This document shows positions 46,801 through 61,400 of a stretch of 64,000 nt of DNA, piece after piece. The position numbers were made by a program, and so were the translations under genes. Each line of letters starts with the position of its first letter. The first letter of the stretch is position 1. Under the pieces are notes generated by a model. It was not told the DNA's origin. It did no database searches and saw nothing but the letters and a program-made list of their open reading frames with translations. The stretch lies in the NCBI GenBank assembly GCA_964247055.1, contig OZ176052.1, forward strand, positions 4,216,001 to 4,280,000, read 5' to 3'. This stretch comes from Paragordius varius. Its lineage: Eukaryota; Animalia; Nematomorpha.

Positions 46801-49800
46801 AAGACAACCCTACATACCTTAATTTTTCCTACATAAACTACTTGATTACATTATTATATGATATAATTGAGTGTATTAATAATTTTCATAATTAATCCCT
46901 ATTTTGCAACCCAAAACAATAATTAATATTTGAATAAATAGAATTTGAAAAATATGGTTGTCTTTTAGTAAAAAATGTTTGTCTTTTTTACCGATATTTG
47001 CATATAAATTAACTTTTAAATTGAGGTTATTAACAGTAATAATTTTTTTGAAAAAAATCTTATAAAGGTGTTTTACTAAGCAGAAATGTCATTAAGTTTT
47101 AAAAATATTAATGATTTATTCTTTATATAGGATACTTTGGAAACAAAACCACTTGATATCGCAAAAGAATATTTCACGCACGAAGAAATGGTAATTTATG
47201 TTCAAAATATTTATTTTTAAATATCACAATGATTATGTCTTAATTAAAATCTCCTAAATTTTTTCATACCAATATATAAATGGTTTATTACATATTTTAG
47301 GCAATCAAATTTAAGAAAAAGCCATTGAAAAAACCCAAAAAGATTCGGTCTACTGCTATTATAGACACGGATGAACAGTAAAATATAAACAAATTTTATT
47401 TTGGACATATTTTGAAAGTTTAACATTTCATTGAATAATGCTGTACAAAATTTTTTACAATGGGATTTTTAAACCAATGTTATTACCTTTCCAGAAGAAT
47501 GTTAAATTTTACTCTATTATAGGGGAAAAATTATTTTTGAAGTTTGTTAATAATGGTCGATAAATCAATCGAATTTTTTGTGAAATATATAAACATTGAA
47601 ATATAGGAAAATATGTTATTTTATTTCATATGTAAAATTGCTTTTTCAGTTTATTCATTTATTACAACCACAATATTACAAATGAAGTACATTCAAAAAA
47701 TCAAAGTTTAATCGCAATTAACTTATTAATTTTTAGCTTTATCCATTAATTATTATTTTTTATAATGTCAATAATTCCTTAGAAAACCCGAAAATAGTAG
47801 TCAAACCGCCTCAAAAGCTCAAAATGCCACCGGTATATTTTGAATATTATAAAATATTTGCTTATTTGGTTTTTTTGTTTAATTCATTGCTATTTAAATT
47901 ATTTAATTTTTTTATTATTTTAAAATTTTGGTTTCTATACAATTTTAAGTTACGCGCTAAACTCTATGTGAAAATGAACCACAACCCAATGTTTGATATA
48001 ATGTCATCCTTATATTTTTTATATTAGGTTGTTTAAATGAAATTTTATTTTAAATCGATAATTTTAAACATTTTGACATTGGCAATTATATTATTTAAGT
48101 ACGCCGCACCTCTTAATTAATTTTTCGCGGTCAAAATCCATTTTTTAATAGGCTAGATGTCATAATATAATTGGTATAATGTAATTTTTTCCTCCTTCTA
48201 TTATAATACGCTAATTTTACTAGACAACAAATTTTGACTTTTTTGAGAATCATTCTTGTAAATTTAAAATTTCTTTCATCAAAGTTCATAAATAGTTATC
48301 TGAAAAATTTAACACCCAAAAATTTTTTTTATTAGGGTTTATCGAAAATTTTTGGCTTCGATTTAACATTAAACTCGATATTTTCAAAACTAACAGTTTT
48401 AGATATAGAGTCATGTATTATATATAATATGAAAGAGCGCAAAAAACTGCATCTTTCTAATGGTAGTTGTCATTTAAATCAATCTTATGTAAAAGTTATT
48501 TGGCTTTATATGGTCAAAATTTTCAAACCTTAAATAAGTCAAAAATTTTCACAGACAAAATAATTTAATAACGATATAAATTATTTAATATAATTATTAG
48601 GGTTACATTAGTTTAAAATCTATAAATCTGTTTGTTTTGTTAATAAAATCATTATTATTATCAAAATTATTTTAACAGTGTATAATAAAATGCATAGTCA
48701 TAACTATAAATTTATTACATAATCGTTAATAATATTAAAAATACCTTAAAATTTGTTTTTATATTGATTAAATGGAAATTTTTTATAAAACAACAGACTT
48801 AAAAATATCTGTTTGAATGAGATAAAAGCAACAAGTGTTTTAATCAAAATTGTGTTTACTGGTAAAATGATAGTAAATATCAAATGCAAAAAACTGAGTG
48901 GCAAATTTGTTGTCTATTATTATAAATTAATATTTTTCCTATGGGTAATGATATCTTGGGGATTTTTGCAATTTTTTTTTAATTAAAATTTAATTTTATG
49001 AATAAAATATTTTATAGTGGTATAATGAAATTTAAGCCTTTGATAAAAAATTGCATGTGTTATCATTGTGCAATGGGTATATTGTTTTTATTCCCAAATT
49101 TCGTTTAATCATTTATGCTGTGATTGTTTAAAAATTTATAACATTTTATAATTAATTTTTGTTTATTTGGGATTGAAACATTTTTATTTTTTCAACCTAT
49201 TTATTTACAAATTGTTTAAAAAATAATAAATATGCATATATTTAGAACCGGAACATCTCTCAATTATCGAGGAGGATGAAGAAAAAACTAGACAAGAGTT
49301 GGAAGAAACATTGGCTCGTATAAGGCGAAAAAAATTATTGAGTAATAATAATAATGCAAATGGCGACGCTGAAAATGTCAATATAGCAGCACCTGCTGTT
49401 AATAACAAATCTTTAGCAGCTACCTTGGCATTAATAAAACAATCGGGACCTGAACGGCGGGTAAGTTTTATCTTTTAGAACGGAAATAAATTGGTGTTTT
49501 TAAAATAAAAATATTATAATTTAATTAAAGTGTAATGAAAATAGTTTGATCGCATCAATATAAAGGACAAATATATATTTATATTTGTTGTAATAATGCT
49601 TTAATTGCTTATATTATTATTATTATGTTTTAAATGGGTATTAATCATTTCCAACGTTTGATTTTTCATTGTAAACTTTTAAATGAAAATAATTTTTTTA
49701 CTCAGTAATTAGCAATATTATTGGTTATAGTGGTCTTTTAAAAAATTTATATGTAGAGTGTATTTTTAAATTTTTTGGTTTTTTTCTTGCTTAAACGCAT

Positions 49801-52285
49801 AATTTAAAAGGAGGAAAAAGAAAAAAATCATACTACATATTTTTACTCTTAATTTTAAAAACCATTACATCCAATAATATGGCTGGTGAAAGTATCAATC
49901 ATACATAAAATTATAGAGTTGTTTAGATTTTAATTTATTTTATCAAAAGTTTGGGTAAAATATGTTATTTTAAGGCAAGTTTATCATTACCAATATTTAC
50001 GTTGGTGTATTAAATGTATTTCTTTTTCAAATAAAATATCATGGATATGTAAGTTATTTATAAAATAGATAAAAAATGGACATTTTTTTATTTAATTGAA
50101 ACATATTTGACATACAATTAATTATTAAAATATAAGGTATTTGAAATGGTTCAAAAACAACTTGACCCAACAGCAAGCGAATCAAATGAATTAAATGATG
50201 TTGAAGCGTCAAACACTATATTAAACCCATCAAGTACCTACCTATATAATATTATATTTGCACTATTTTAGCATATTAAAGGTTACTTATAGCTATAAAA
50301 TACATATAAATTGAATTACACAGACAAAATGTTAAAATGAACAAATATTTTTTTAAAGATCACCACACTCTATAAAAATCTTCATTTTCATATGTAAACT
50401 ATTTAATGACAAACGTAAGATATATAATTGGGTGTGTTTTCCATTTACATCTCTATCTCATACTTTGCAGTATAAAATAATGCAAGTTTAAAAAAGTATA
50501 GCAATCTCTTTTTTTAAAAAGATTTTTCTTCATAATTTTACGTTTTGTCTGCATAATTTTTAATTTTTACTGTATTATATAATCTTATTTTAAGGTAAAA
50601 AGAAACCAGTAAACGCTACTTCTACTTCAGCATCTTTGGTGCTTAATAGCACTTCCGAATTTTGTCGAAGTCTAAAACAAAATGTTTTGAAAAAGAGTGT
50701 ACCATCAGTTTCTGAAACTAAACCAGTTAAAATTACATCTTATGATGCAACCAATACAACTACGTTCCAAGTAAATTATATGAATTTGTTTTTATAGAAT
50801 TTTAACGATCATTTTATAGTATTTTTTTACAATATTTACTGTTTATGTGATATACAAATTTTTTTAAAAAAAATATTTATTCTAAAAATATGTAGCTGGG
50901 ACCACAAAATTTGGGATATTTTTTACCAATATTTAACATTCGCTTAGTTTGTGAATTCTTGTCTATTAAACAGCACATGCTACTATGTTATATATATAAC
51001 ACGTTAAAATTTAGCGTTAATATTTATGGGGATTAAAAGTTTTGCAAAAATATAATTTTAATCATCTCATATTTGTCAGAATGGAGACAGTTCTGATGAT
51101 GATGAGAACGATTTCATGGGAGGGGATGATGAAATTCCCACTAAATCGAAATCAATAAAACCGACAGATACGATTACACAAGAACCAAATATAGAAAAGG
51201 GTTTAGCTACTGCCCTAAAATTAGTTACCGAAAAAGGTAATTTTATTACGATTAGTTTGTTAGTTTTGATGATTAAAATGTATATATATTTTTAAGAATA
51301 TTTATATTCTAGATACTTAATAGTTTTTCAAATAAAGTCATAACAATGATTGACTAGCTTATTAATATTTGATTTTAATGTGTAAATCATAGAAAAATAT
51401 TTTAATTAAAAAAAAATTTAATGATGATTAGGTTATCTTGAGGCACCCGAAAAAGTACCTGAATTAAGCGCCGAATACAAGGAACTAAAATGTAAACGAT
51501 ACACTGTGGAAGACAAACATTTTGATTTGGATGATAAACATTCTTACAAACGTGATCGATACAATGGGCCAATCGTCGATTTTAAAGTTTTTTTATTTTT
51601 ATAAAAATAAGTCATGAACCACACCATTTTTATTCTATTAAACTCCTATATTAAATCATAACTACAGTTTAATGTTAATGTCTATAATATATCATAAAAA
51701 CATTTTCAAATAAGGGATTATTAATTTTTGGTTTGATCGTTTTTATTATCTCTCGGGATATTTATTCGTAAGGTATGGTTAATTAATACATTATCTTTTT
51801 ATTTGGATTTTTTATTATTCAAATTTGAATGTTGTAAAATATTTATTGATAGATAAATAACGAAATTTAATTTACACTTAGGATAAAAAGGATTATACTC
51901 CTGATTTTAAGCTAAATTATGTGGACCAAGAGGGAAGATTATTGAATCCGAAAGAAGCGTTTAGATATCTATCTCATAAATTCCACGGAAAACATGCCAG
52001 CAAGAAGAAGGTTGAGAAAAGAGCCAAAAAATATGCCGAGGTAAAGCTTATCTTTGCATATTTTTAATATTTTTTTAAAATAATAAATGTTGAAATAAAC
52101 ATTTTTTATCCTTAAGTTAATGAATGTAACCAAATATTATTTTATTTTATTGCTATTAGATGATTGATAAATTGAATAAAACAACTACCAATGATACAAC
52201 ACAGAATACGGTTGAATTGTTACTCAATAAACAAAAAGAAATACGTGCCCCATATCTTATCCTGAGTGGCAAATCACATTTATAA
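43822..52285 (+). CDS. SART1: U4/U6.U5 tri-snRNP-associated protein 1 (SART1/Snu66), 781 aa, 20 exons: 43822-43969, 43994-44039, 44064-44137, 44198-44336, 44647-44761, 45335-45448, 45704-45800, 46066-46247, 46322-46397, 46608-46690, 47131-47190, 47301-47377, 47783-47832, 49246-49460, 50137-50233, 50595-50770, 51080-51236, 51432-51586, 51882-52040, 52160-52285
   Basis: HIND motif [24 protein letters not shown]...[20 protein letters not shown]...[59 protein letters not shown]. All introns are GT-AG and phase-consistent (2346 nt). Exon 13 is the least certain. Confidence 0.93.
44402..44552. mobile_element. 151-bp hAT MITE in SART1 intron 4
   Basis: CAGGGGGTGTCGAAC ... GTTGGACACCCCTG; TSD ctttaaca / ttttaaca (7 of 8). 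Confidence 0.8.
46739..47025. mobile_element. MITE family F, copy 2 (SART1 intron 10)
   Basis: gtaaaaattaaagtatacggacaaaacgc...ctaaaagacaacc with inverted ggttgtcttttag...tttgtcttt; right tip decayed; end approximate. Confidence 0.6.
50295..50572. mobile_element. MITE family F, copy 3 (SART1 intron 15)
   Basis: Right end ttttgtctgcataatttttaatttttactg|ta matches family F; left part acagacaaaatg...aacaaatatttttttaaaga; start approximate. Confidence 0.55.
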
Positions 52286-52335
52286 TTATTAAATATACAT
52301 ATATATTTGGTGATGGTTCACGTAAAATAAATTGT

Positions 52336-52367
<32 letters not shown>

Positions 52368-52949
52368 TTTAAATAATTCTTTGATTTTATTAAATTTTAC
52401 TTTAAATATTATTCCCTGTAGTATACGCTTTATAATTCATTGCGGTTGTTTTAACAAGGTTAAATGTATTTAATGGTTTTGAGTGGGTGAAGTGTTGGTT
52501 TATAACGTTTATAATTGGTGTTTAGCAATGTGTTTGTAAATAATAGCTCCTTAATCATTTTTCGTTTATAGGTTTGTTTTCTGTATATAATTCAGAATTG
52601 GGAATCCTGCTTTTTGCCTTAGCAAATTAATGAAATATTTTTTTTGTTAAATATCTTCACCCCTGTACTTGTTGTATAGCTTTTTTATACCACCAGTAAG
52701 TACGGTTATTATTAGATAGCTCTTAACTCCCAAAAATATTATAAATATTAATAAATTATATAATTAGGACATTTTTACCTGAGTTATATATTTCGCAGTG
52801 CTGAATTATATCTGCTCATTAATTTTGTTTCCCTATATACTAAGCATTTATCGTGCCCATAGGCTACATTAGAAAGATATATTCCGACTTTTACGGTCGC
52901 TACCTAAAAATAAAATTGGCTTACATATGTTAAAATATATTTTTTGGTA

Positions 52950-53560
52950 AAAACTAAGCTTTATTTTAAACTAAAATATTTTGTTAATATAATTATAATT
53001 AAATGGTACAGTTACCAGTTAAAATGGTCTTTTATTTAATTTAAAGGTTAGAAATTTTCAAAAAAATTCTTTAGCGGCGTCGAATGTAAAAGAAGTCCTT
53101 TTAATAATGATATTATTCATTGATAAATTTACTATTTTTATAAAGGTCCTATTAATTTAGTTTTTATCGTTCAAATGGTATTCGTGGCTGGGTTATTTGC
53201 AAAATGCTTAGATCCGAGTTTTAACGATCGAGCACTTAACTAAAATTTGGCATCAATCCTTTCAATCCGTTAACAAATATGGTATATGGCTTCGAATAGA
53301 TATGTAAACCTCGATTGTAACTCTTTATTGGTTTTGTAAATATTTTTATAACTAACCTTCTTATAAATCTGAATATTATTGTGTGTTTATTGGTCATTTT
53401 TCCCAAATTCAAAAAGATCTTGAATTGTTAATAATAGAGAGTTCGTAATGAAAGGTTATTTCTGTTTTTAAATTTTTAATTTGAATAAGTTTCCAAACAT
53501 TAAAATTATATCTATTTGCATCTATTGACCATTAAAATTCAGTTTATTTATGAATAACAT
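52950..53560 (-). pseudogene. Decayed EnSpm/CMC-like transposase fragment
   Basis: The - strand pieces HTIIFRFIRRLV, ARSLK...PATN and FFENFL recall the MHL..LG..RKLL / PRSL...KATE / FENFL blocks. Very degenerate. Confidence 0.35.
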
Positions 53561-54755
53561 TTAATTGACATTTTTAATTTTAACTAATTCTGTTTTTATA
53601 CATATATTTATTTATATATTCTGCAGTCATTGAGTCTACTTGAGTTCAAACTATAAGGATGAAAGTTTATATATATATATAGCTTTAATTAGCAAAGATA
53701 GCGTCATTACTCATGAATGACAATATTGTAGAAATAAATGATCTAACGATTAATTGATAATGTATATTATATAAATTATATTTTCATAATAATTTAATAC
53801 AATAAATGGCAACCTTTTTAAAGTTATGATATCTACTGTATATGTATATATATACTATATTACTTTTCGAAGATTTCATTATATAATAATAAATATAGGT
53901 ACATTTCGTGACAAAGTTGCATATTACAGAGTTTTATTTTTTAAATCTCATTGTTTATTTACTCTATGATAGTGAAAACACATTGATGATTATAATTATA
54001 ATTAAATTTATATTATATATATTAACAATTTAATATAGTAAACGATATATAATTGAAAAGTGAAACTTTTTTGTGGTAAAAATAAAATAGAATGTTTAGA
54101 TATATCTTTATTTTCTATGTATTGAAATTTAAACGATTCCAGCAGGCACAACATCATAGTACGTTGTACTATTGTTTATATAAAAATGATCATTTTATTT
54201 TAAATATGAACATGACATTTTTATGTGCTATTATAGGCTTACACGTTAGGTCATAGGGATCGGATTTAAATACTAAAAAACGAATCTTTTTTATTTGTAC
54301 TTGGAATAGCTTTAGAGAGTAAATGGAAAATGGCTGCACATTCGAATTGAATGTGTTTAAAAATTGTTGTATTGATAATCATTATGAAAACAATTTATTT
54401 TCAAATGGTAACAAGTTATACCAGGCAATTTTAATTTGATAATGTTTAATCTAATTGAGTGAGCGGTCTCTCAAATTAAATTCATGCCAATTCTTATTTA
54501 AAATATAGATAAATAATTTAATAAAACATATCAAATTATTTCGACAGAATATCTTTAATAAATTTTTTGGATTCTGCGGCTAAAGTATATAATTTTACAT
54601 TGAATACATTGACTAATAAGTAAAACAATAAAAAATACAGAAAATGGTTTGAGCAATATTTTTAATTTAACTAATGCCCGTTTAAATGTTGCCTAAAATT
54701 TTGCTGTCAGGGAGAACCGTAAAATAAGATTTATATCATTGGATTTATCTATATA

Positions 54756-54998
54756 TACCATTTACAATTCAAATTCACCCTAAAAATAAATAATGTGTTT
54801 TCGTATTAAATATATTAGTGTCATACATATTATTTTTTAGTATTATTTTAATGTTATAGATATAGAAAATTTCATTTTTTTCAATAAGAAAAAATATAAG
54901 TAATTTTAAATCTTAAGGAAAACTTAATTTATTTTAAGGTGAATTTGAATTGTTCGAGAGTAAAATTGCCCAAGGGTGAATTTGACCTGTGAATGGTA
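54756..54998. mobile_element. MITE family E, copy 4
   Basis: ta|TACCATTTACAATTCAAATTCACCC ... GGGTGAATTTGACCTGTGAATGGTA|ta. Confidence 0.8.
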
Positions 54999-55249
54999 TA
55001 TTCTAGTGCATCAACTTTGTATAAATGAAATTAAAAGAGGTCTGTATTTAGATTTTATAAAATAGTTAAATTATAGAAGCCTGGGTTAGTTAACAATTTA
55101 CCTTTTAATGTAGTTTTATATCCCAGAGGAATCGGAAATTTAAATATTCTAAAAAGTATTTATGGTATTAAGCCGAATTTAAAAATATGCTTTCTTTACC
55201 TTTTTAGGCGCATTATAACATTTTTTCAAAAAATTTAAAATTGTAAATC

Positions 55250-55626
55250 CTCATATCAAACTTTTTTCCCGCATTTTTTTCGGTAAATTTTAAATCTTTA
55301 AAGCAGCAAGCTACCAGCAAAAACTTGATATTTTTTTTTCTTATCAGCTGTTTATTTCAATCGTGTTTTGAAGCTGTCCCAATTTTAAACTCTAGAATTC
55401 AGAACACTGCAAAAAAATATAACCTTTTTATTTAATACGTGAGAACAATGTTTCATAATTAAATTTTAACTAAAATAACTAAACTTGATATTTTTTGATT
55501 TCTTATCAGCTGTTCATTTCAATCGTGTTTTAGAGCTGTCCCAATTTTAGACACTAGAATTCAGAATACTGTAAAAAATATAAACAAAAGAACAATGTTT
55601 CAATTAGATTTTAACTAAAGTAACTT
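55250..55626 (+). repeat. Family C repeat with a ~160-bp internal tandem duplication
   Basis: aaacttgatatttttt..ttcttatcagctgtt.atttcaatcgtgtttt..agctgtcccaatttta...tagaattcagaa occurs at ~55322 and ~55481. Confidence 0.7.
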
Positions 55627-58439
55627 CCAAACAGTATTTTCATAATTGAGCTCTGGAATATAAAACTACTCCAGTATTTAGCCTAGGGCAAAAAAGTGAA
55701 AAGGTAATAAAGTGTTAGCTACTGTAATATGTAACGAAATAGAGACATGATTTGTAAAATTTATCGGTTTATGCCAATATAAGTATTAATATAATATTTA
55801 TAAAAGTATCCACAAGACAGCTAAAGACTGGAAATTTCTATCATATATACTAATAATAAGGATCGAAATTTAAAAAAGTTACCCCCAATAATTGAGCTTC
55901 TAAAGGGTGTTATATGCAAAAATCAAGATAAAGTTTTTTAGCGCTAATAAATTTACTCCTTCCAGCTGAATCAGTAAAATTTTCTTCAACATAAAATTAT
56001 AAAAAGTATTTTTCAAATATATATCAAGGGTTTTCACAACATCCACTTCATTGTGTACAGCTAAATAAATTTTTAAAACAAATTATTATATCTATTATAT
56101 GAATGGAAACTCTAGACAGCGTGATTGTTTTGAAATCATTTAGCGTTAAATATAATATTATTTTTAAATTTTTAAAACAATGACATTATTAAACAATTAA
56201 ATATGTTGTAATAACTCCAATTTTTATTGCCAACAATGATTTATTTTTTAAACAATTTTGGATTAATACCAGTGATTTAAATCAACTGAATAAGACAAAA
56301 ATATAAAAATAAATATTTAACATTTTTAATTTTGTATATATTTATTTTAAATTATTGTTTTATTTTTACAGTCGACAAAGTACCTTCTTGTAATTGATAT
56401 TCACGTTTTGTATAAATTTAATTATTGCTGAGTTAAAATGATTTAAATTTAATGACATTATTACTCAATAGTCCTCTCTAAAAATATAAAAGTGTATTTT
56501 TTAAAATTTTTAGAAAAAAATAGTACACAATGTATAGGTAGTGTTGATATATCTATTCGTTCACATAGACAAAATAACGTTTGGAGCCGAAATCAGAGCT
56601 ATTTAACCCATAAAATCTTTTTGAAACGGGGCATTTGGTTCGTAACGAAAAATACGATAGAAATTGAAACTAGAGCTAAATTGTTGAGAACCACATGAAA
56701 CTGTTTAAATATAATAAGTATTTTAAAATATCCTTTTAGAAGTTGACTTTAATACGAATTATTGTAATTCAAGCGTTTATTTTAATGAATAACGCTGACA
56801 AATAAAAATTAACTACAGTGTTTCTTAAATTATATTTATTTGCTTTATGTTTGAAAGAAGCGATTTTTTGATTTGGGTAGTATAGAGATAAAAAAAACTT
56901 TTTTAAAAAATTAAACGCGTTTATTGTCGCGATAATGGCTACGTTTAAGCATCAGATAATGATGTATCATTTTAAAATACACGTGTTGATTACTAAACTA
57001 AAAATAGACTGATGTTTTGCAATTAATTTTCAAATACCCCCTGAAAGAAATGCATACTTTTATATTTGAACCAAAGCTTTGTATTTGTATAATATTGATA
57101 TACCCAACATTGACGCTTCAAACTCTCTATTTTCAACTAACCACTAGTCCAATTAGAAATATGTTCATGACATTCATTACACAATATAGAGATCAGGTGT
57201 TAAAAATTTAATATATACAATTTAATCCCTAATAATGACATCATTTGATTTAATTTGTTAAATAGTTTTCCTATATTGCTAACAACATAAAATACACTCT
57301 ACAATAAAAAAGATCGAAACTATTATCTAATTTTTTTACTACTATTGTTGGATTCGTTACGGTATGATAAGAAAGAAGATTATTACACCTTGATAAAATA
57401 CCTGTATAAAAATTTAAGTAGAAGAAAAATACGTTAAAAACGAGAAGTTAAGATATTTTGTTTTTTGAAAAAATAGAGATAAAAACGCACCTCTGATAAA
57501 AGTAGATGCACTATTTCTTACTGTACCTTTTTTTACCTATAATAATAAAATATTAATGTAATATAAAAAATATCATGCACCAACGTTTAATAAATAATAT
57601 TCAATGTAATCAAATGTTATTTAATTGCATATAAAAAAAGTTAAAAAACATAGACCATAGCATTAATTTTTATACGTAAATGTGTAAAGAAAAAAGCAAA
57701 AAAAAGGTAAATGGAAACACAAACCTACAAATAAAATAAAAAATGTATTAGAGAAAACGAAAAGGATCAACCTAAATGTATACTGCAGTATTTTTATAAA
57801 TTTTTACTAAATACAATAAAAACATGCCTTCCCTTCATGTACATGCATATACACACACACGCACACCTTAAGCATTTTTACTACAACTTCAGATTTTATT
57901 GAAAACTAAAATTAATTTATATACATGCGTTACATAATTTATATTGGAATTCTTGGCCTCAAGTTGACCAAACTGTTCATTCTGATTTCCCTTATTAATT
58001 TTTCGTCAAAATTCATTATTTTTGATTCCATAGAATAAAATCTTGCCTTGACATTGATATACTTAATCGTACAAAATGATGAATTTTTTTTACAAAAATT
58101 CGATTCCAGATTAATGAAAAAACTTATCATAAAACAATGAGTATATGAAATTTAAACCATTCTGTAAGATAGAAATATTATTTGTACTACATTCCAACAT
58201 ATTATTTTCCCTTTCAAAATTTATGCCATTGTTTTATTAACAATATTCAACAGGTCTAATGTTCAATGGTAATAGTATGCAAAAAAGCTTTCCTACCAAT
58301 GGAATTTTTACAAAAAAATAAAAACAATCAGTATCCACACATTTATAGCCATTGCATAACTATGAATCATCGTATTAAAACAATAATATAATATTACAAT
58401 GTTAATACCTTTAACTGCGTAATTTTGTTTCTTTCAAAC

Positions 58440-61400
58440 ATGTGTCACCAAAAGTTTGGATTAAGTCTTTTGAACTCTAAAATTATTTTTATTATTCCAA
58501 TTATTACATGTTTAATATTAAACATTCCAAGTGCAATTGCGTCGATAGATATTTTCGGCAATAATCAGGATTCCCCAATAATTTCCAATCCCATTAATGG
58601 TTTCAAAAAATCGTCTGCCAACAGTATTAATGGTCCAAACGATAATTATCCTTATGTTTATGGCACAAGTGAACAAACAATAAATCAATACCCCATAAAT
58701 AAAATCCCAGATGTAGTTATTAAAGAGGGTGGCGTAATTACGCTGGCTGGGAGTCCCTACACTATAGAAGATGATATTATTATTCCAGAGAAATCCAATG
58801 TTTTTATTCAACCAGGCGTTGAATTAAGATTTGCGCCTGGGGTCGGTATCGATGTTTATGGGTCCCTTATTGCCAAGGTATTATAAATTTTATATCTTTT
58901 AATAAAAAAAGTTGCCCAAAATTTTCTAGCATTTTACCCTAACCGTTTGTTTTAATTGTTGGTGAAACAGTAACTAAAAAAACCTAATATATTTTATCGA
59001 TAACTCAAGTAGAAACTAATGTATTTTCATATTTAACATGCTATTGAATTGCTTGATTTACGTTACTCCAATATAATAAACGAAAATGTTAACCAAAGCA
59101 ACAGATCCTTTTTTTGTAGGTATTTTAGATACACTATTGATTTTTTATGTCTGCATTAGTGTTTTTTACAATAAACATTAAAATTCCGTAATTAATTCAT
59201 TTAGGACTCTTTTAACATTTTTAACATAAATATTTGTTTTTCACGGTTAAGTGTGAAAGATGCGCTTTTTCCAGTATTATAAAATTATATTACATTCATG
59301 GAATTTAAACGTATCGATAGTATTAATCAGAATGAAATATTAATATGTCAATATTAATCAATCATTTATAGATATTAATCATGTAAACCTTTTAAAAACA
59401 TTTTTAAATAACCCTAATATTATAAATAAATCCCTATTACCCTAATTCCTGTATAATTCCGTTTGTAAACATATGCGTTATATTTTATTTAAAAGTTTAA
59501 AATGTGGTGAATTAAATATTTATTTATGCACGCTTGCATGATAAATTTAATTTTAAATAAAATATTTTAATAAAAATTGTATGTTGGTATAGTGACCATT
59601 TTACAGTCTCCCTAAAATCTATATAAATAGTATGCATTAATGCGTTTCCTATTTGAAATTAAAAACCATTTTATCAATGGATTAACAGATTTTTACCAAC
59701 ATTTCACTTTAAGTAAAATCAATCAAATATAAGTTACAAAAATAAATAAAATATATATGAAAATTATTTAGGGGCTTCCGAATAATCGGATAGTTATGAC
59801 AACTAAAAATCAAGCAATTGAGGATACTAACGATAAAATAAGGATGGCGAGATTGGTTGATGGGCCCGATGTTTCTACTGGAACAATTCAACTTTTGTAT
59901 AAAAATAAATGGAGAACAGTTTGTTCCCAATCCTTTAAGTAACTCATTAGTTTCGTCATTTTTTATTTATCTGCTAAAATTAAGGTTAAAATAATGGCAT
60001 AATTAAAATTAATTTAATTAGAAGATTGCTTTTATGGATATAGATAGGTAGGGCATGATTTCAGTTTAAATCAAGTCTTTCGACATGTCTAACATTAAAT
60101 TAGAGATTTTACTTTAATATAAAAGATAGCATTTTTAGAGTTCTTTTTTGCATTTAATTTCTTATTTTTTATTTATTAAAAATTAAACGATTTTTTTAAT
60201 CTTCTTCTTACATCGCCGTTTTCACAAATGCAACAACTTTAATTTTGTTTTTATTTTAATTCTTAGGCTCTATCAGGAAACAATTTTAAGTTTCCAAACT
60301 TATTGTACATCTTTCAGTAAAGTGTAATTTATAATATATCACATTTTACACCTAACAATAGTTGGAGTTTGGCCCTTCAAAATCCGGAGCACTTTAGTTT
60401 TAATCGTTGGAGTCAACACGATATAACGGTAGCTTGTCAAAGTGCCGGTTATCACAATGGAACATTTTCGCATTGGCTGGATTGGAATGCGGCTGATAGC
60501 CATGTTCATATTGGTTCTCTTGGATGCGCCGGTGATGAAAAAGATGTCACCAATTGTCGCAACTGGAATAATGGACGTATTGGACGAGGGATATGTGGTA
60601 ATATTTTAAGATTATTTAAAAATGATTTTTGCAAATCAATTTCCTCCCGTGATTTATGTGGACAAGATTTTTGGAAAAAGTGATAAAAATAAAAAGTTTA
60701 TGTAAAGGTTAATGAATTAGAAATATAACCATTTTATATGGATTTAAACACACCATGAGTTATATTGATATTATGAATAGGTCAAAGGTCATCCTCACGT
60801 AAAACCAAAACGATTGCAATACAATGTTGGCACCATAAATGTTTGAGTAAAGAATGTTTTAGTGCAACAACACATCATTGGCGTGGAATAACGTTTCACA
60901 ATGCAAGTTTTGAAACGAAAGTTATTAGACCCGAAGCGGGTCCTTTCTCATACGACACCTATTTTGCCAATCAGTATCAGGGCATTTATGGACAGCATAA
61001 TAACAATAACCCCCTAAGGTCTATGATTACATCATATAATGGAAGGAATGACCAGCAGCATTACTACTCAAATTCCCAAATCAATCATGAGAAGTATGTT
61101 AATGAATCGAAATCAATGCTAGAAAATGTGGATATTCTTTATGGTGGAATCAATAAATATGGACAACTTAGTCCCGCGCTTAATGTTATTGGTGGATATG
61201 TGCCCAAAATGCATGAAATTGTTATCAGAAATGGCTTATTCACTGGTATACAATACACTGGTGTTAGTGGTACAATTATAGCCTCTGATATCTCCCTCGA
61301 ACAAAATAAAGGTATAATATATTTAATTTTAAATTTTTCGGAAAATGATTTCTAAGTTTTTTGCCATATAATATATTAAATATTAATTAGGTGATGGTAT

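Noticed and set aside
57939-58130. 63-aa ORF divergent from bark
   Set aside because: No recognisable motif or supporting splice structure; cannot be distinguished from chance.
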